From NCBI GenBank assembly GCA_963710375.1, contig CAVPZX010000002.1:704001-768000 (forward strand): a stretch of DNA of 64,000 bases. The letters are read 5' to 3'. The notes below the pieces were generated by a model. The model made no database searches. It saw only the letters and a program-made list of their open reading frames with translations, and had not been told where the DNA came from. This DNA is from Nitrospirota bacterium. GTDB taxonomy: Bacteria > Nitrospirota > Thermodesulfovibrionia > Thermodesulfovibrionales > Dissulfurispiraceae. Position 1 is the stretch's first letter, and each line of letters begins with the position of its first letter. Position numbers and translations under genes: made by a program. This document shows, in pieces, positions 1 through 11,161 of this stretch.

Positions 1-329
1 CCTTTTTTCTCGGTCTTTGCCGGTTTAATCTTTATATAGCGCGCAATGTTCTTACCTTCGATCTCAGCATATTTCAGCGTAACCTTGTCGCCCACTTTAA
101 TATCAGAAAGAGTTTTCTTTTCTTTATTCATTTTAACCACTGTTTTATCATCCGCAGTAATAACCACTTCAGCTTTTTTCCCTTTTACCGTCAAAGTCTT
201 GATCGCCACATCGATAGTAACAACATCTCCTGTAATTTGTTTAACAATTACCTTATCGGCTGCAATGGCGCTGCCTATAATGAAAAAAGCAACAAGAAAG
301 CAAATTATATACAAGAGTGGCTTTTTCAT
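1..329 (-). CDS. Small exported beta-rich hypothetical protein (partial; runs off the window edge)
   Basis: Hand-translated: ATG at 329 after a GGGGAGG RBS. MKKPLLYIICFLVAFFIIGSAIAADKVIVKQITGDVVTIDVAIKTLTVKGKKAEVVITADDKTVVK...; signal-peptide-like N-terminus; not in the ORF track because no stop lies in the window. Confidence 0.75.
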   Translation of the reverse strand, partial: MKKPLLYIICFLVAFFIIGSAIAADKVIVKQITGDVVTIDVAIKTLTVKGKKAEVVITADDKTVVKMNKEKKTLSDIKVGDKVTLKYAEIEGKNIARYIKIKPAKTEKK

Positions 330-362
330 AATGCCTCCCCTTAAATTGAGTTAAATATAAAT

Positions 363-400
363 AAGGGCAGGTGTTAATCAAACCACGAACACCTGCCCTT
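363..400 (-). terminator. Stem-loop between the two small exported-protein genes
   Basis: 13-bp perfect inverted repeat AAGGGCAGGTGTT...AACACCTGCCCTT. Confidence 0.55.
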
Positions 401-418
401 TGTGATAAAAAGAGATTA

Positions 419-637
419 CTATTTCGCCGGAGCTGCCGGTTTCTCTTCTTCTTTCTTTTCTGCCTTCTTCTTCATAGCCTTCTTCTTCGTAGCCTTCTTC
501 TTCGCAGGAGCCTTCTTCTCCATCTTCTCAGCGGCAGGCTTTTCTGTTGCCGGTGCTGTAGCATCAGCTGCAAAAGCTACTGTGGATATGCCAAGTGCAA
601 AAAGAACTGCTATTACTAATGACATTATTTTCTTCAT
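419..637 (-). CDS. Small exported Lys/Ala-rich low-complexity protein
   Basis: Signal peptide ending AFA, then KKA repeats; GGAGG RBS. Confidence 0.8.
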   Translation of the reverse strand: MKKIMSLVIAVLFALGISTVAFAADATAPATEKPAAEKMEKKAPAKKKATKKKAMKKKAEKKEEEKPAAPAK

Positions 638-690
638 TCTGATTCACCTCCTTTTTTTTCCCCTAATTTTTGATGCTTGCCAGATTAACA

Positions 691-706
691 AGCAATAATT
701 GTACCA
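691..706 (-). promoter_or_regulatory. Putative sigma-54 (-24/-12) promoter
   Basis: Minus strand TGGTACAATTATTGCT (GG-N10-GC) upstream of 637, directly downstream of a sigma-54 activator gene. Confidence 0.65.
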
Positions 707-879
707 ATCTAAATGAAAAGACTCATCCAGTTCTCAGTCAAGCTCCAAATTTTAAATGTTGGATGCTACAAGGTTGATTTAATAAAAAAATCGATAAGTT
801 ATCATCCAAAATTCAACATTAGAACATGACTTGCGAGTCTCTGTTAGCGGGGGACAGGGAAGCTCAAGGCCATATATTG

Positions 880-2281
880 CTACAGATTATTTCCTTTTTC
901 AGGGGATATATCCTCATTTGGGGATATATCCTGTAAGCCAAACTTCTCAAGCCTGTACCAAAAAGTTTTATAAGTCATGCCGAGCAGCCGTGCCGCCTTC
1001 GCTGCTATATTGTTCGATTTAATCATAGCCTTTTTAATAAGTTCTTTTTCAAGCATTTCAAAGTTAATTCCATCGTCAGGCAATTCAAAGTTTATGACGC
1101 CTTTTTCTGAAGTAAGCCGCAGACTCATCCCGTATGTCATTAATATTTATTGTTTCTCCATCACCCATTAGTACCGACCGCTCAATTACAAATTCAAGCT
1201 GCCTGATGTTGCCGGGCCAAAAATAATCCATTAGCGCCTTCATTGCCCCATCGCTCACCCCTCTCACTTTTTTCCCGAATTCCTTATTATATTTATCGAT
1301 AAAAAAGCTTGATAGAGCCGGAATGTCCTCCTTTCGTTCTCTCAATGGAGGAAGCTCAACAGTCACAACCTTGAGCCGATAGTAGAGATCATCCCTGAAT
1401 CTTCCCTTTGAGACTTCTCTCTCCAGGTTCTTGTTGGTAGCCGCTATTATCCTGATATCAACCTTAATGCTGTCCTTTCCTCCAAGCCTCCTGACTTCCT
1501 TGTCATGCATGACTCTCAAAATTTTTGTTTGGGTCAGGAGCGGCAGGTCCCCTATTTCGTCAAGGAAGAGAGTGCCCCGGTCGCCTGCTTCGAAAAGCCC
1601 CTGCTTGCGATAGGCGGCGCCTGTAAAAGCGCCCGGCTCGTAACCGAATAATTCGCTTTCTATAAGATTCTCAGGGATAGCCGCACAATTAATTGCGATA
1701 AAAGGGCTTGTCCTTCTTGTGCTGTTATAATGTATTGCCTTTGCAATAAGTTCCTTTCCTGTCCCGCTTTCTCCATATATCAAGACCGTGACTGCTGTAG
1801 GCGTGACCTTTTTAGCTATTTCAATGACCTCTCTCATCTTTTTGGAGCTGCCCACGATGCCTTCCATTTTAAATTTGCCGAAAAGGGCATCTTGCAGTCT
1901 AAGATTATCCTTGAGCAGGTGCATCCTTTCCACCGCTTTCTTGATGGTGAGGATTATGACTTCTTTATCAAGAGGTTTTGTGAGGTAGTCAAATGCGCCC
2001 TTTTTGATTGCTTCAACAGCAGATGAGATAGTGCCGAAAGCCGTCATAATAATTACCGTAGGCTTGAGACAATCTTCCGGCAATGCCTCCAGAAGTTGTA
2101 CGCCGCTCATGCCACTCATCTTCAGGTCGGTTATCACGACATCCGGGCTAAGTGCTTTTATATGCTCAAGCCCCTCCTCGGCCGATGATGCAGTGAACGT
2201 CTCGTATCCCTCATCATCAAGGATGGTTTTGATTATTTCACGCTGGCGCTGCTCGTCATCTATAACCACTATGGAAGCCAT
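880..2281 (-). CDS. Sigma-54-dependent response regulator (REC-AAA+-Fis HTH), split by a +1 insertion near 1123
   Basis: REC domain, GESGTGKE, GAFTGA and WPGNIRQL in 1085..2281; Fis HTH (AARLLGMTYKTFWYRLEK) in 880..1140; deleting one base gives ...DIRDE-LRLTSEKG... Confidence 0.9.
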
Positions 2282-2310
2282 GCAACCTCACTTGTTCTTG
2301 TATTATGCAT

Positions 2311-3753
2311 TTACCTTACAGTGGGCAATGGGAGAGCAAGCCTTACTTCGCTTCCCTCTCCAACAACGCTACTCAACTCAACTTTGCCCCCATGTTCTTC
2401 CATAACCCTTCTGGTCATCGGCAGGCCCAGGCCAAGCCCATCTTGTTTGGTCGAAAAGAACGGCTCAAATATCTTTTCTAAATCCTCCGGCTTCACGCCT
2501 TTCCCGTTATCGCTGATAGTCAGGACAAAAATATCATTCACAATCTCTTCTTTAATTCTGAGGACACCTGCCTTATCCGACGACCCCATTGAGTGAAAGG
2601 CGTTGGTAATGACATTCAGAATGCAGGATTTAAATAGATCAGGGTCCACGTAAAGCTCCACCTCCAAAGAGTTGTCCCTGATAATATTTATGTGATCAGC
2701 TTCCGCCTTTGCCCAGATCAGGGCGAGCACATCTTCCAGCAGCGCCGTAAAACTCAAATATTCTTTTTTCAGCTTGAACGGTCTGCTGTAATCGAGGAAA
2801 TTGCTCACCAGCTTGTTGAGCCTGTGTATCTCCTGCTTTATCCCGCTGATGAGATGATCGAACCTCTCCTTCTCTTCCGCGATGCCGGGTCTGTATTTCT
2901 CCCCCAGATGGTCCACGCCGAGATTGATAAAGTTGAGGGGATTTCTTATTTCATGGGCCATGCTCCTGGAGAGTTGCCCCAATCCTGAGAGATGTTCAGC
3001 CTCCCGGAGCCGCTCCTCAAGGGTGCGGGTTTCCCTCAGCTTGGCGACCATGAAGTTGAATGTATCGGAAAGCTGGCCGATTTCATCATTGCTCTGAACA
3101 GGTATTTTTTGATTCAGGTCGCCGGCAGCAACCCTCATCGAGGCGTCAACCACTCTCTGGATAGGGCGCGTATAACGCTTGGAAAAAGACACTATCATAA
3201 TAATGCCGATTCCAAAAACAAATATTGTCGCAAGAATTCTCTTAATCGTGTTCGCTCTCAGGATGTCGGAGAAATCGTCCCTGTTGACTCTCAGGTGGAC
3301 ATATCCGTATTGTGTATCGCCTGCAATGACCGGCACTATAACGTTATATGTATGGCCTTCATCCGCCGAAACCGGTTCGCCCAGTTCAGCCTTGATAATG
3401 AGCTCCTTTTTCCTGTGAGTCAGGGCCTGCCCAATTTTCGATGGATTAGTGCTGGCAACTATTTCATGCGCATTACTGATAATTGATATTTCCTTGACCC
3501 CTTTGGCATTAAGGCCCGTGAGATATTTGGACAACCGCGCCTCGTCAGTGGCGCCGGATCCTGTTACTTCTTCAACTCCGATCTGTATCGCTTTGGTGAG
3601 CTCTGTGGTCTGGCGCTCTACTTCACGGGAAAGGTCCTTCTCGGACTGAGAATAAAAAAACATAAGCATGCCAATCATAATAAAACTCAGCAGGAGCATC
3701 ATCAGGCTAAGCTTCTTGTTCAGCGAGAACTTAAACGAATTGCCCTGAAACAT
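2311..3753 (-). CDS. HAMP-domain sensor histidine kinase
   Basis: Two TM segments, HAMP, H-box AHEIRNPL, N/G boxes (DNGKG, GLGLGL). Confidence 0.93.
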   Translation of the reverse strand: MFQGNSFKFSLNKKLSLMMLLLSFIMIGMLMFFYSQSEKDLSREVERQTTELTKAIQIGVEEVTGSGATDEARLSKYLTGLNAKGVKEISIISNAHEIVASTNPSKIGQALTHRKKELIIKAELGEPVSADEGHTYNVIVPVIAGDTQYGYVHLRVNRDDFSDILRANTIKRILATIFVFGIGIIMIVSFSKRYTRPIQRVVDASMRVAAGDLNQKIPVQSNDEIGQLSDTFNFMVAKLRETRTLEERLREAEHLSGLGQLSRSMAHEIRNPLNFINLGVDHLGEKYRPGIAEEKERFDHLISGIKQEIHRLNKLVSNFLDYSRPFKLKKEYLSFTALLEDVLALIWAKAEADHINIIRDNSLEVELYVDPDLFKSCILNVITNAFHSMGSSDKAGVLRIKEEIVNDIFVLTISDNGKGVKPEDLEKIFEPFFSTKQDGLGLGLPMTRRVMEEHGGKVELSSVVGEGSEVRLALPLPTVR

Positions 3754-3801
3754 ATTTTATTTTAACATATACACAAGACCCTGGAGCGATGGCAAGATTG
3801 G

Positions 3802-4813
3802 TTACTTCTGCAAACCGGTCCTCGGCAGAGGCTGGTTGATAGCTCCTTTGGGCTGTTCTCCATTCAAAGCCTGGACAATGTTCTCTCCTGCTTCGAAGGC
3901 GATTTTGTATCTGATAGCATCAACTGCCGAGCCGAGATGGGGAGTGAAAAAAGTACGTTCCTCTTTCAGAAGCATGCCTGAAATGCCTGAAGGACGGTCC
4001 ACGCGCGCCCAGTCTTCCATCTCAAACACATCAGCAGCATATCCTGCCAGATGGCCTGACGCGACCGCCTCGGCAACGGCAGTTTCATCAACCACCGAGC
4101 CGCGACAGGCATTAATCAGAAAACTTCCAGGCCTCATTTGTGCGATGGCCTGTGCGTTAATGAGATATTTGGTTTCCGCTGTGAGCGGTACCATGGGGAC
4201 TACGAAATCACTTGCCTCTAATAGTTCCTCAAGAGACACCCGAGTGAGGCCCCAGGCCTTTTCCTTCTCCATTGGCAGAGGGAGAGGGTCGGTGTAAAGC
4301 ACTTTCATGTCAAAACCGGCGAGTCTTATTGCCACTGCCTGACCTACCGCACCCATGCCTATAATCCCAAGAGCATGGCCGGCCAGCCCCGTACCATAAA
4401 GGATAGGACGCCAGCCATTGAATTTGCCGCTCCTAATATAATTATCCCCTTCAAAAAAGCGGCGGCTGAGCGCAATAATCAATCCGATAGTGAGTTCAGT
4501 CTGTTGGCACCGTTAGGAAATCCCTGACAATGGTGAACCAGATGCCCCTCTGCGTACAGGCAGCCACATCAAAATTGTCGTACCCTTTTAAAGCTGCGGC
4601 GACGATCTTCAAATCCGGGCATTCGGCCAGAAAACTGTCGTCAATACAGTCCGGCATAAATACCATAAGCGCCTGCGCGTGTCGTGCCCGGCTCAGGACC
4701 TCCGCGCGAGGAAGGGTCTCACGGCTTTCGTTGGGGATGACCTCGTATGAGTCGCTCAAAAACTCAATAACTTCCGGATGCACCCAATGGGTAATGACAA
4801 CGAGCGGTTTCAT
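3802..4813 (-). CDS. ptxD: Phosphite dehydrogenase, split by a +1 insertion at ~4500
   Basis: [49 protein letters not shown]; removing one base restores the conserved LTVPTAEL; follows ptxABC. Confidence 0.9.
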
Positions 4814-4843
4814 AAGCTTTCTGGCTTCTCTGTACCCCCCTTT

Positions 4844-5659
4844 TTATTTGAAGCTCCTGCGAAGGTATGCTCCCAACCCATCAACTACGGTAACCATTAT
4901 TAAAATGATGATCAGGAGCGCTGAGACATCTCTATATTGCATTATGCGGAGCGATCCCATTAATTCAGTTCCGATTCCTCCCGCGCCTACCATTCCCATG
5001 ACCGTAGAGGCCCTGAAATTGTACTCCCACCGGTAGAGCGAAACATCCGCCATCTGGGGGAATGTCTGGGGCAGGACTCCGTGGAGGATTATCTGCATCG
5101 GACTGGCCCCTGCTGACTTGACCGCTTCTATGAACTCTTTGTCCACATGTTCTATCGATTCAGAAAAAAATTTCCCGACCATGCCGACAGAGTGTAGGCC
5201 GAGCGCCAGCACTCCGGGCAATGCGCCGAATCCTACTGAGGCGACAAAAATAATACCCATTATCAATTCCGGGATAGAACGCAGTCCGTTCAGAATTCCG
5301 CGTGCCGCGTGGTATGCAACAGGATGTGGGGTGGTATTGCTCGCCGCCAAAATCCCCAATGGCAGCGACAAGGCGATTGCCAATGCTGTACCCGCTACAC
5401 TCATGGCAAATGTATCGAACAGGGGTTTTGCCCAACTGCGTGCATCGCTGAAATCCGGAGGCAGGCTTTCACCGATAAGGCTGAAAATGCTCGGTATCCC
5501 CTCCGAAATTTTTTTTGCATCGAAAATCCCCACATACCACAAGCATGCTGCAATGAATGCAAGCCCTGCAGCGGCCTGCAGCATCGAGCGGGACCAGGTC
5601 CGCTGCTGCTGCACTATCAACCGGTCATAGGTGATTTCTATGCTGTTCCGTTCATTCAT
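4844..5659 (-). CDS. ptxC: Phosphite/phosphonate ABC transporter permease (PhnE family)
   Basis: LRSIPELIMGIIFVASVGFGALPGVLALGLHSVGMVGKFF; YRWEYNFRASTVMG. Confidence 0.9.
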   Translation of the reverse strand: MNERNSIEITYDRLIVQQQRTWSRSMLQAAAGLAFIAACLWYVGIFDAKKISEGIPSIFSLIGESLPPDFSDARSWAKPLFDTFAMSVAGTALAIALSLPLGILAASNTTPHPVAYHAARGILNGLRSIPELIMGIIFVASVGFGALPGVLALGLHSVGMVGKFFSESIEHVDKEFIEAVKSAGASPMQIILHGVLPQTFPQMADVSLYRWEYNFRASTVMGMVGAGGIGTELMGSLRIMQYRDVSALLIIILIMVTVVDGLGAYLRRSFK

Positions 5660-5664
5660 TTCTG

Positions 5665-7376
<1,712 letters not shown>

Positions 7377-7465
7377 ATATTTTGTTCCGAACCCATGTCG
7401 CTCAAACTTATTATGAATGCGACAGTATTAAGATAAAGGCCTTATTGATATCGATAATATGCAGT

Positions 7466-7521
7466 AGTATAGTAGCTTTCGTATTACAACATCGTTAAGC
7501 TTGGGTTAATTTCAGGTTAAA
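7466..7521 (-). promoter_or_regulatory. Pho-box-like direct-repeat array plus -10 box of the ptx operon
   Basis: Minus strand TTAAC, TTAAC, TTAAC, GTAAT at an exact 11-bp period (7520, 7509, 7498, 7487), then TATACT at 7471-7466. Confidence 0.7.
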
Positions 7522-7587
7522 CTCCTGAGGATGGGGTCAAATCCTTAGCTTGAATTTATTTGAAATTGATTCTACTATAACTTACAA

Positions 7588-8280
7588 ATGCTTACAGAAA
7601 ACGCTTCTGCAATACTCAAAAAGATTAGTCATGCTGCGATGCGCGCCGGCAGAAGCCCTGATGTGGTAAAACTAATTGCTGTTACAAAGACAGTGGAGAT
7701 TGAAAAAATAAAAGAGGCCGTGGACATAGGCCTCAGGATCTTCGGAGAAAACAGGGTACAAGAAGCTCAGAAGAAGATTCCGGCATTGAAATCCGACGTT
7801 TCAGATTCAGGCATCGAATGGCATCTTATCGGACACCTTCAGAAGAATAAGGCAAAATATGCGGTACCTCTGTTCGACCTTATCCATACCATCGATTCTG
7901 TTGAGCTTGCAGAAGAGATCAACAGACAGGCGGAAAAAATTGATAAGATACAGAAGGTGCTTGTACAGGTAAAATTGTCCGGAGAGGAGACCAAGCACGG
8001 GGTATCGGAAGAGGGTTTGGTCCCGCTGCTAAAAAGAGTAAAAGGGATGAACAACCTGAACCTTAAAGGATTAATGGCCATACCCCCTTTTTTTAAAGAC
8101 CCTGAAAAGACAAGACCGTATTTCAGGCGGTTGAGGGAACTCATCGAAACGGCTGAAAAGGCAGGTTGCAATCTGACAGAGCTTTCTATGGGCATGTCCA
8201 ATGATTTTGAAGTCGCAATAGAGGAAGGGGCCACAATGGTAAGAATAGGAACAGCGTTGTTTGGAGAAAGGAGCACTTGA
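7588..8280 (+). CDS. yggS: PLP homeostasis protein
   Basis: LIAVTK, FGENRVQEA, WHLIGHLQKNKAK, LSMGMSND, VRIGTALFG. Confidence 0.95.
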   Translation: MLTENASAILKKISHAAMRAGRSPDVVKLIAVTKTVEIEKIKEAVDIGLRIFGENRVQEAQKKIPALKSDVSDSGIEWHLIGHLQKNKAKYAVPLFDLIHTIDSVELAEEINRQAEKIDKIQKVLVQVKLSGEETKHGVSEEGLVPLLKRVKGMNNLNLKGLMAIPPFFKDPEKTRPYFRRLRELIETAEKAGCNLTELSMGMSNDFEVAIEEGATMVRIGTALFGERST

Positions 8281-9077
8281 TGATCGGCTTTATCGGCGGC
8301 GGTAAAATGGCGGAGGCATTGATAAAAGGCATTACCTCAAAGGGAAACAAAAACATTTTTGTATCTGAGCCCATAGAGGAGAGGAGACTCTATCTTGAAT
8401 CCACTTACGGGATAAAAGCCTCGGCCTCAAACAAAGAAGTTGCTGATTCCTGCAGGGTTATAATACTGGCAGTAAAGCCTCAGAATATGGCGGCAGTGCT
8501 TGATGAGATTGCGGCCTCGATAACGGGAGACAAAACTGTGGTGTCCATAGCCGCAGGGATAACGCTAGCTTTTCTAGAGGAAAAACTGAAGACAAGAAAG
8601 CTTGTCAGGGTCATGCCCAATACTCCGGCGATTGTACAGGAAGGCATGTCTGTCCTGTCTCTGTGCGAATGCTTCTCTGAGAAGGATATAACGGCTGTCC
8701 GGGATATTTTTATGTCTGTCGGCAAAGTGCTTACCCTTCCTGAAAAGTACATGAATGCGGTCACCGCACTTTCGGGCAGCGGACCCGCCTTTATTGCATT
8801 ATTTGCTGAGGCGCTGGTCGCAGCCGGCCACCAGATTGGACTGGCTACAGAACACGCTGCCGAACTTGCACTTCAGACACTTATCGGCACGGCAAGGCTG
8901 CTCGAAACAGGGATGCCGCCCGAAAAACTCCGTGAAATGGTAACCTCTCCAGGCGGGACAACAGCTGCAGGGCTTAAGACATTTGAAGAGAAGGGGTTGA
9001 AAAGCATAGTTGCAGGTGCATTGCAGTCGGCGCTCAAAAGAGCAGAAGAATTAGGCAGCGGAAATCAGGTAAAATAG
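8277..9077 (+). CDS. proC: Pyrroline-5-carboxylate reductase
   Basis: IGFIGGGKMA, RVMPNTP, TALSGSGPAF, VTSPGGTT. Confidence 0.96.
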   Translation: MMIGFIGGGKMAEALIKGITSKGNKNIFVSEPIEERRLYLESTYGIKASASNKEVADSCRVIILAVKPQNMAAVLDEIAASITGDKTVVSIAAGITLAFLEEKLKTRKLVRVMPNTPAIVQEGMSVLSLCECFSEKDITAVRDIFMSVGKVLTLPEKYMNAVTALSGSGPAFIALFAEALVAAGHQIGLATEHAAELALQTLIGTARLLETGMPPEKLREMVTSPGGTTAAGLKTFEEKGLKSIVAGALQSALKRAEELGSGNQVK

Positions 9078-9122
9078 TCGGGGATCAAACCCTTTACTCA
9101 ACATTTCTCTGTAGGAGGGCAT

Positions 9123-9428
9123 ATGTTTGTTTTTGGCGATCTGGTTGTGGCTGCAGCTAACATACTCGATTACATCCTGGGTATTTATAAATGGATACTT
9201 ATAATTACAGTACTTTTGAGCTGGGTCAATCCCGATCCTTATAATCCGATTGTCCGCTTTCTTCATACGGTAACGGAGCCGGTGCTCAGACCGATTCGCA
9301 GAATGATAGGATTTACATTCGGTCCTTTGGATATTTCTCCTATCATAGTTTTTTTAATTATCATGTTTATACAAAGCTTCTTTATCAGAACACTGGTAAA
9401 ATTAGGGTATAAATTAGGAGGTGGCTAA
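9123..9428 (+). CDS. yggT: YggT family membrane protein
   Basis: LSWVNPDPYNPIVRFL..TEPVLRPIR..DISPI. Confidence 0.92.
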   Translation: MFVFGDLVVAAANILDYILGIYKWILIITVLLSWVNPDPYNPIVRFLHTVTEPVLRPIRRMIGFTFGPLDISPIIVFLIIMFIQSFFIRTLVKLGYKLGGG

Positions 9429-9429
9429 G

Positions 9430-9903
9430 ATGAGACTTACACCGCTCGACATTCAGCAAAAACAGTTTCCGATGCGCTTCAGGGGTTTTGACGTTGATGA
9501 AGTTTATTCCTTTCTCGAATTGGTGAGGGAGGAGCTTGAAGAACTATTACGGGAAAACGGTTCAATGAAAGAACAGCTGGCCAGGGCAGACGAGCAGCTG
9601 CAGGAGTTCAGACATATGGAAGGGACCCTGAGGGAAACGCTTATGACTGCTCAGCAGCTCGTTGAGGATTACAAAACAAATGCGCGTAAAGAGGCAGAGC
9701 TTATCCTGAAGGAGGCCGAACTCAAGGCCGACAACATGACAAAGATCGCACAGGAAAAGGTGGTAAAAATACACGAGGACATCGTCGATCTCAAAGGTAT
9801 CAGACGCCACTTCAAAGAAGAAATCAAGCGGCTTATCGACAGCCATATGAAAATGCTCGAATTCGACAAGGAGAGAGAAGGGGAAGAATCGGGTGAAATA
9901 TAG
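9430..9903 (+). CDS. divIVA: DivIVA domain protein
   Basis: MRLTPLDIQQKQF..RGFDVDEV; coiled coil. Confidence 0.9.
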   Translation: MRLTPLDIQQKQFPMRFRGFDVDEVYSFLELVREELEELLRENGSMKEQLARADEQLQEFRHMEGTLRETLMTAQQLVEDYKTNARKEAELILKEAELKADNMTKIAQEKVVKIHEDIVDLKGIRRHFKEEIKRLIDSHMKMLEFDKEREGEESGEI

Positions 9904-11161
9904 TGCGCTGAAGGGCGTTCAGGATATTATGCCGCCCGATATTTATATCTGGCAGCGCATCGAATCTTCAGCAAAACAAATCTTTCACAATTACGGCTTT
10001 CAAGAAATAAGACTTCCCATAATTGAGTCTACCGATATTTTCGTACGGAGCATCGGGGAGACCTCGGACATTGTCGGCAAAGAGATGTATACCTTTCCAG
10101 ACAAGGCGAACCGTAGCGTCACGTTACGGCCTGAAGGAACGGCCTGCGCAGTACGATGTTATGTGGAGCACAATCTGCGCACCCTTCCCTCTCCGCAAAA
10201 GTTCTTCTATACAGGGCCGATGTTCAGATACGAGCGGCCGCAAAAGGGAAGGTTCAGGCAGTTCTACCAGATCGGCGTAGAAGCCTTCGGCTCGGCGGAA
10301 CCATCGCAGGATGCTGAAATCATCGTCATGCTAAAAAGATTTCTTGAGCAAATCGGCATCAGGGAACTAACTTTTGAAATTAACTCGATTGGAGACGAGG
10401 CTTGCAGGCCGGGCTATAGAAATGCCCTGCTTGCGTTCTTCGGCGATAGAATCAAAGAATTTTGCCCCGATTGCCAAAACCGCTACCTCGCAAATCCCTT
10501 ACGAATCCTTGACTGCAAAGTTGAACGCTGCATAGAACTTCGGCAGGGTGCTCCAGCCATGACCGATTATTTGTGTGACGATTGCAGGAAACACTTTGAA
10601 GAACTCCTATCAATGCTTCAGATGATGAATATCCGCTATACCATAAACCCTAATTTGGTACGCGGCCTGGACTACTATACCAGGACCGCCTTTGAAGTCA
10701 CCAGCGAGCATCTGGGCGCGCAAAAAGCGGTTGCCGCAGGAGGCAGATATGACGGGCTTGTAAAGGAATTCGGCGGCCCCGATACGCCTGCAATAGGTTT
10801 TGCCATAGGCATGGAAAGGCTCGCTGCACTGTTGAAAGAAACCTCCAAAGAACAGGTACCCGGGCCCAAGGCCTTTATAGCCACTTTAGGCCGCGAGGCA
10901 GAACGAGAGGGCTTCAATATTGCCGAGACGCTTCGACAAAAGGGACACCACGTTGAGGAAAATTATGGAGAGGCCTCACTCAAAAGCCAGTTACGCAAGG
11001 CGGACAGGATCGGGGCAGAATTAGCCATTATTATCGGCGAGAATGAGCTGAAAGAGGGTAAAATTCAGTGGAAGAATCTTAGAAACGGCGAGCATGGCAC
11101 GGTTCAAATCGATGACATACTGTCTATTCTAACCAACACTATCAAGCTCTCGCACCCGTAG
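9893..11161 (+). CDS. hisS: Histidine--tRNA ligase
   Basis: LRPEGTA, FRYERPQKGRFRQF, LVRGLDYY, GGRYDGL. Confidence 0.97.
   Translation: MKYSALKGVQDIMPPDIYIWQRIESSAKQIFHNYGFQEIRLPIIESTDIFVRSIGETSDIVGKEMYTFPDKANRSVTLRPEGTACAVRCYVEHNLRTLPSPQKFFYTGPMFRYERPQKGRFRQFYQIGVEAFGSAEPSQDAEIIVMLKRFLEQIGIRELTFEINSIGDEACRPGYRNALLAFFGDRIKEFCPDCQNRYLANPLRILDCKVERCIELRQGAPAMTDYLCDDCRKHFEELLSMLQMMNIRYTINPNLVRGLDYYTRTAFEVTSEHLGAQKAVAAGGRYDGLVKEFGGPDTPAIGFAIGMERLAALLKETSKEQVPGPKAFIATLGREAEREGFNIAETLRQKGHHVEENYGEASLKSQLRKADRIGAELAIIIGENELKEGKIQWKNLRNGEHGTVQIDDILSILTNTIKLSHP

Noticed and set aside
4490..4510. Programmed frameshifting in ptxD or the sigma-54 regulator
   Set aside because: No slippery heptamer or homopolymer at the break points; a single inserted base explains each
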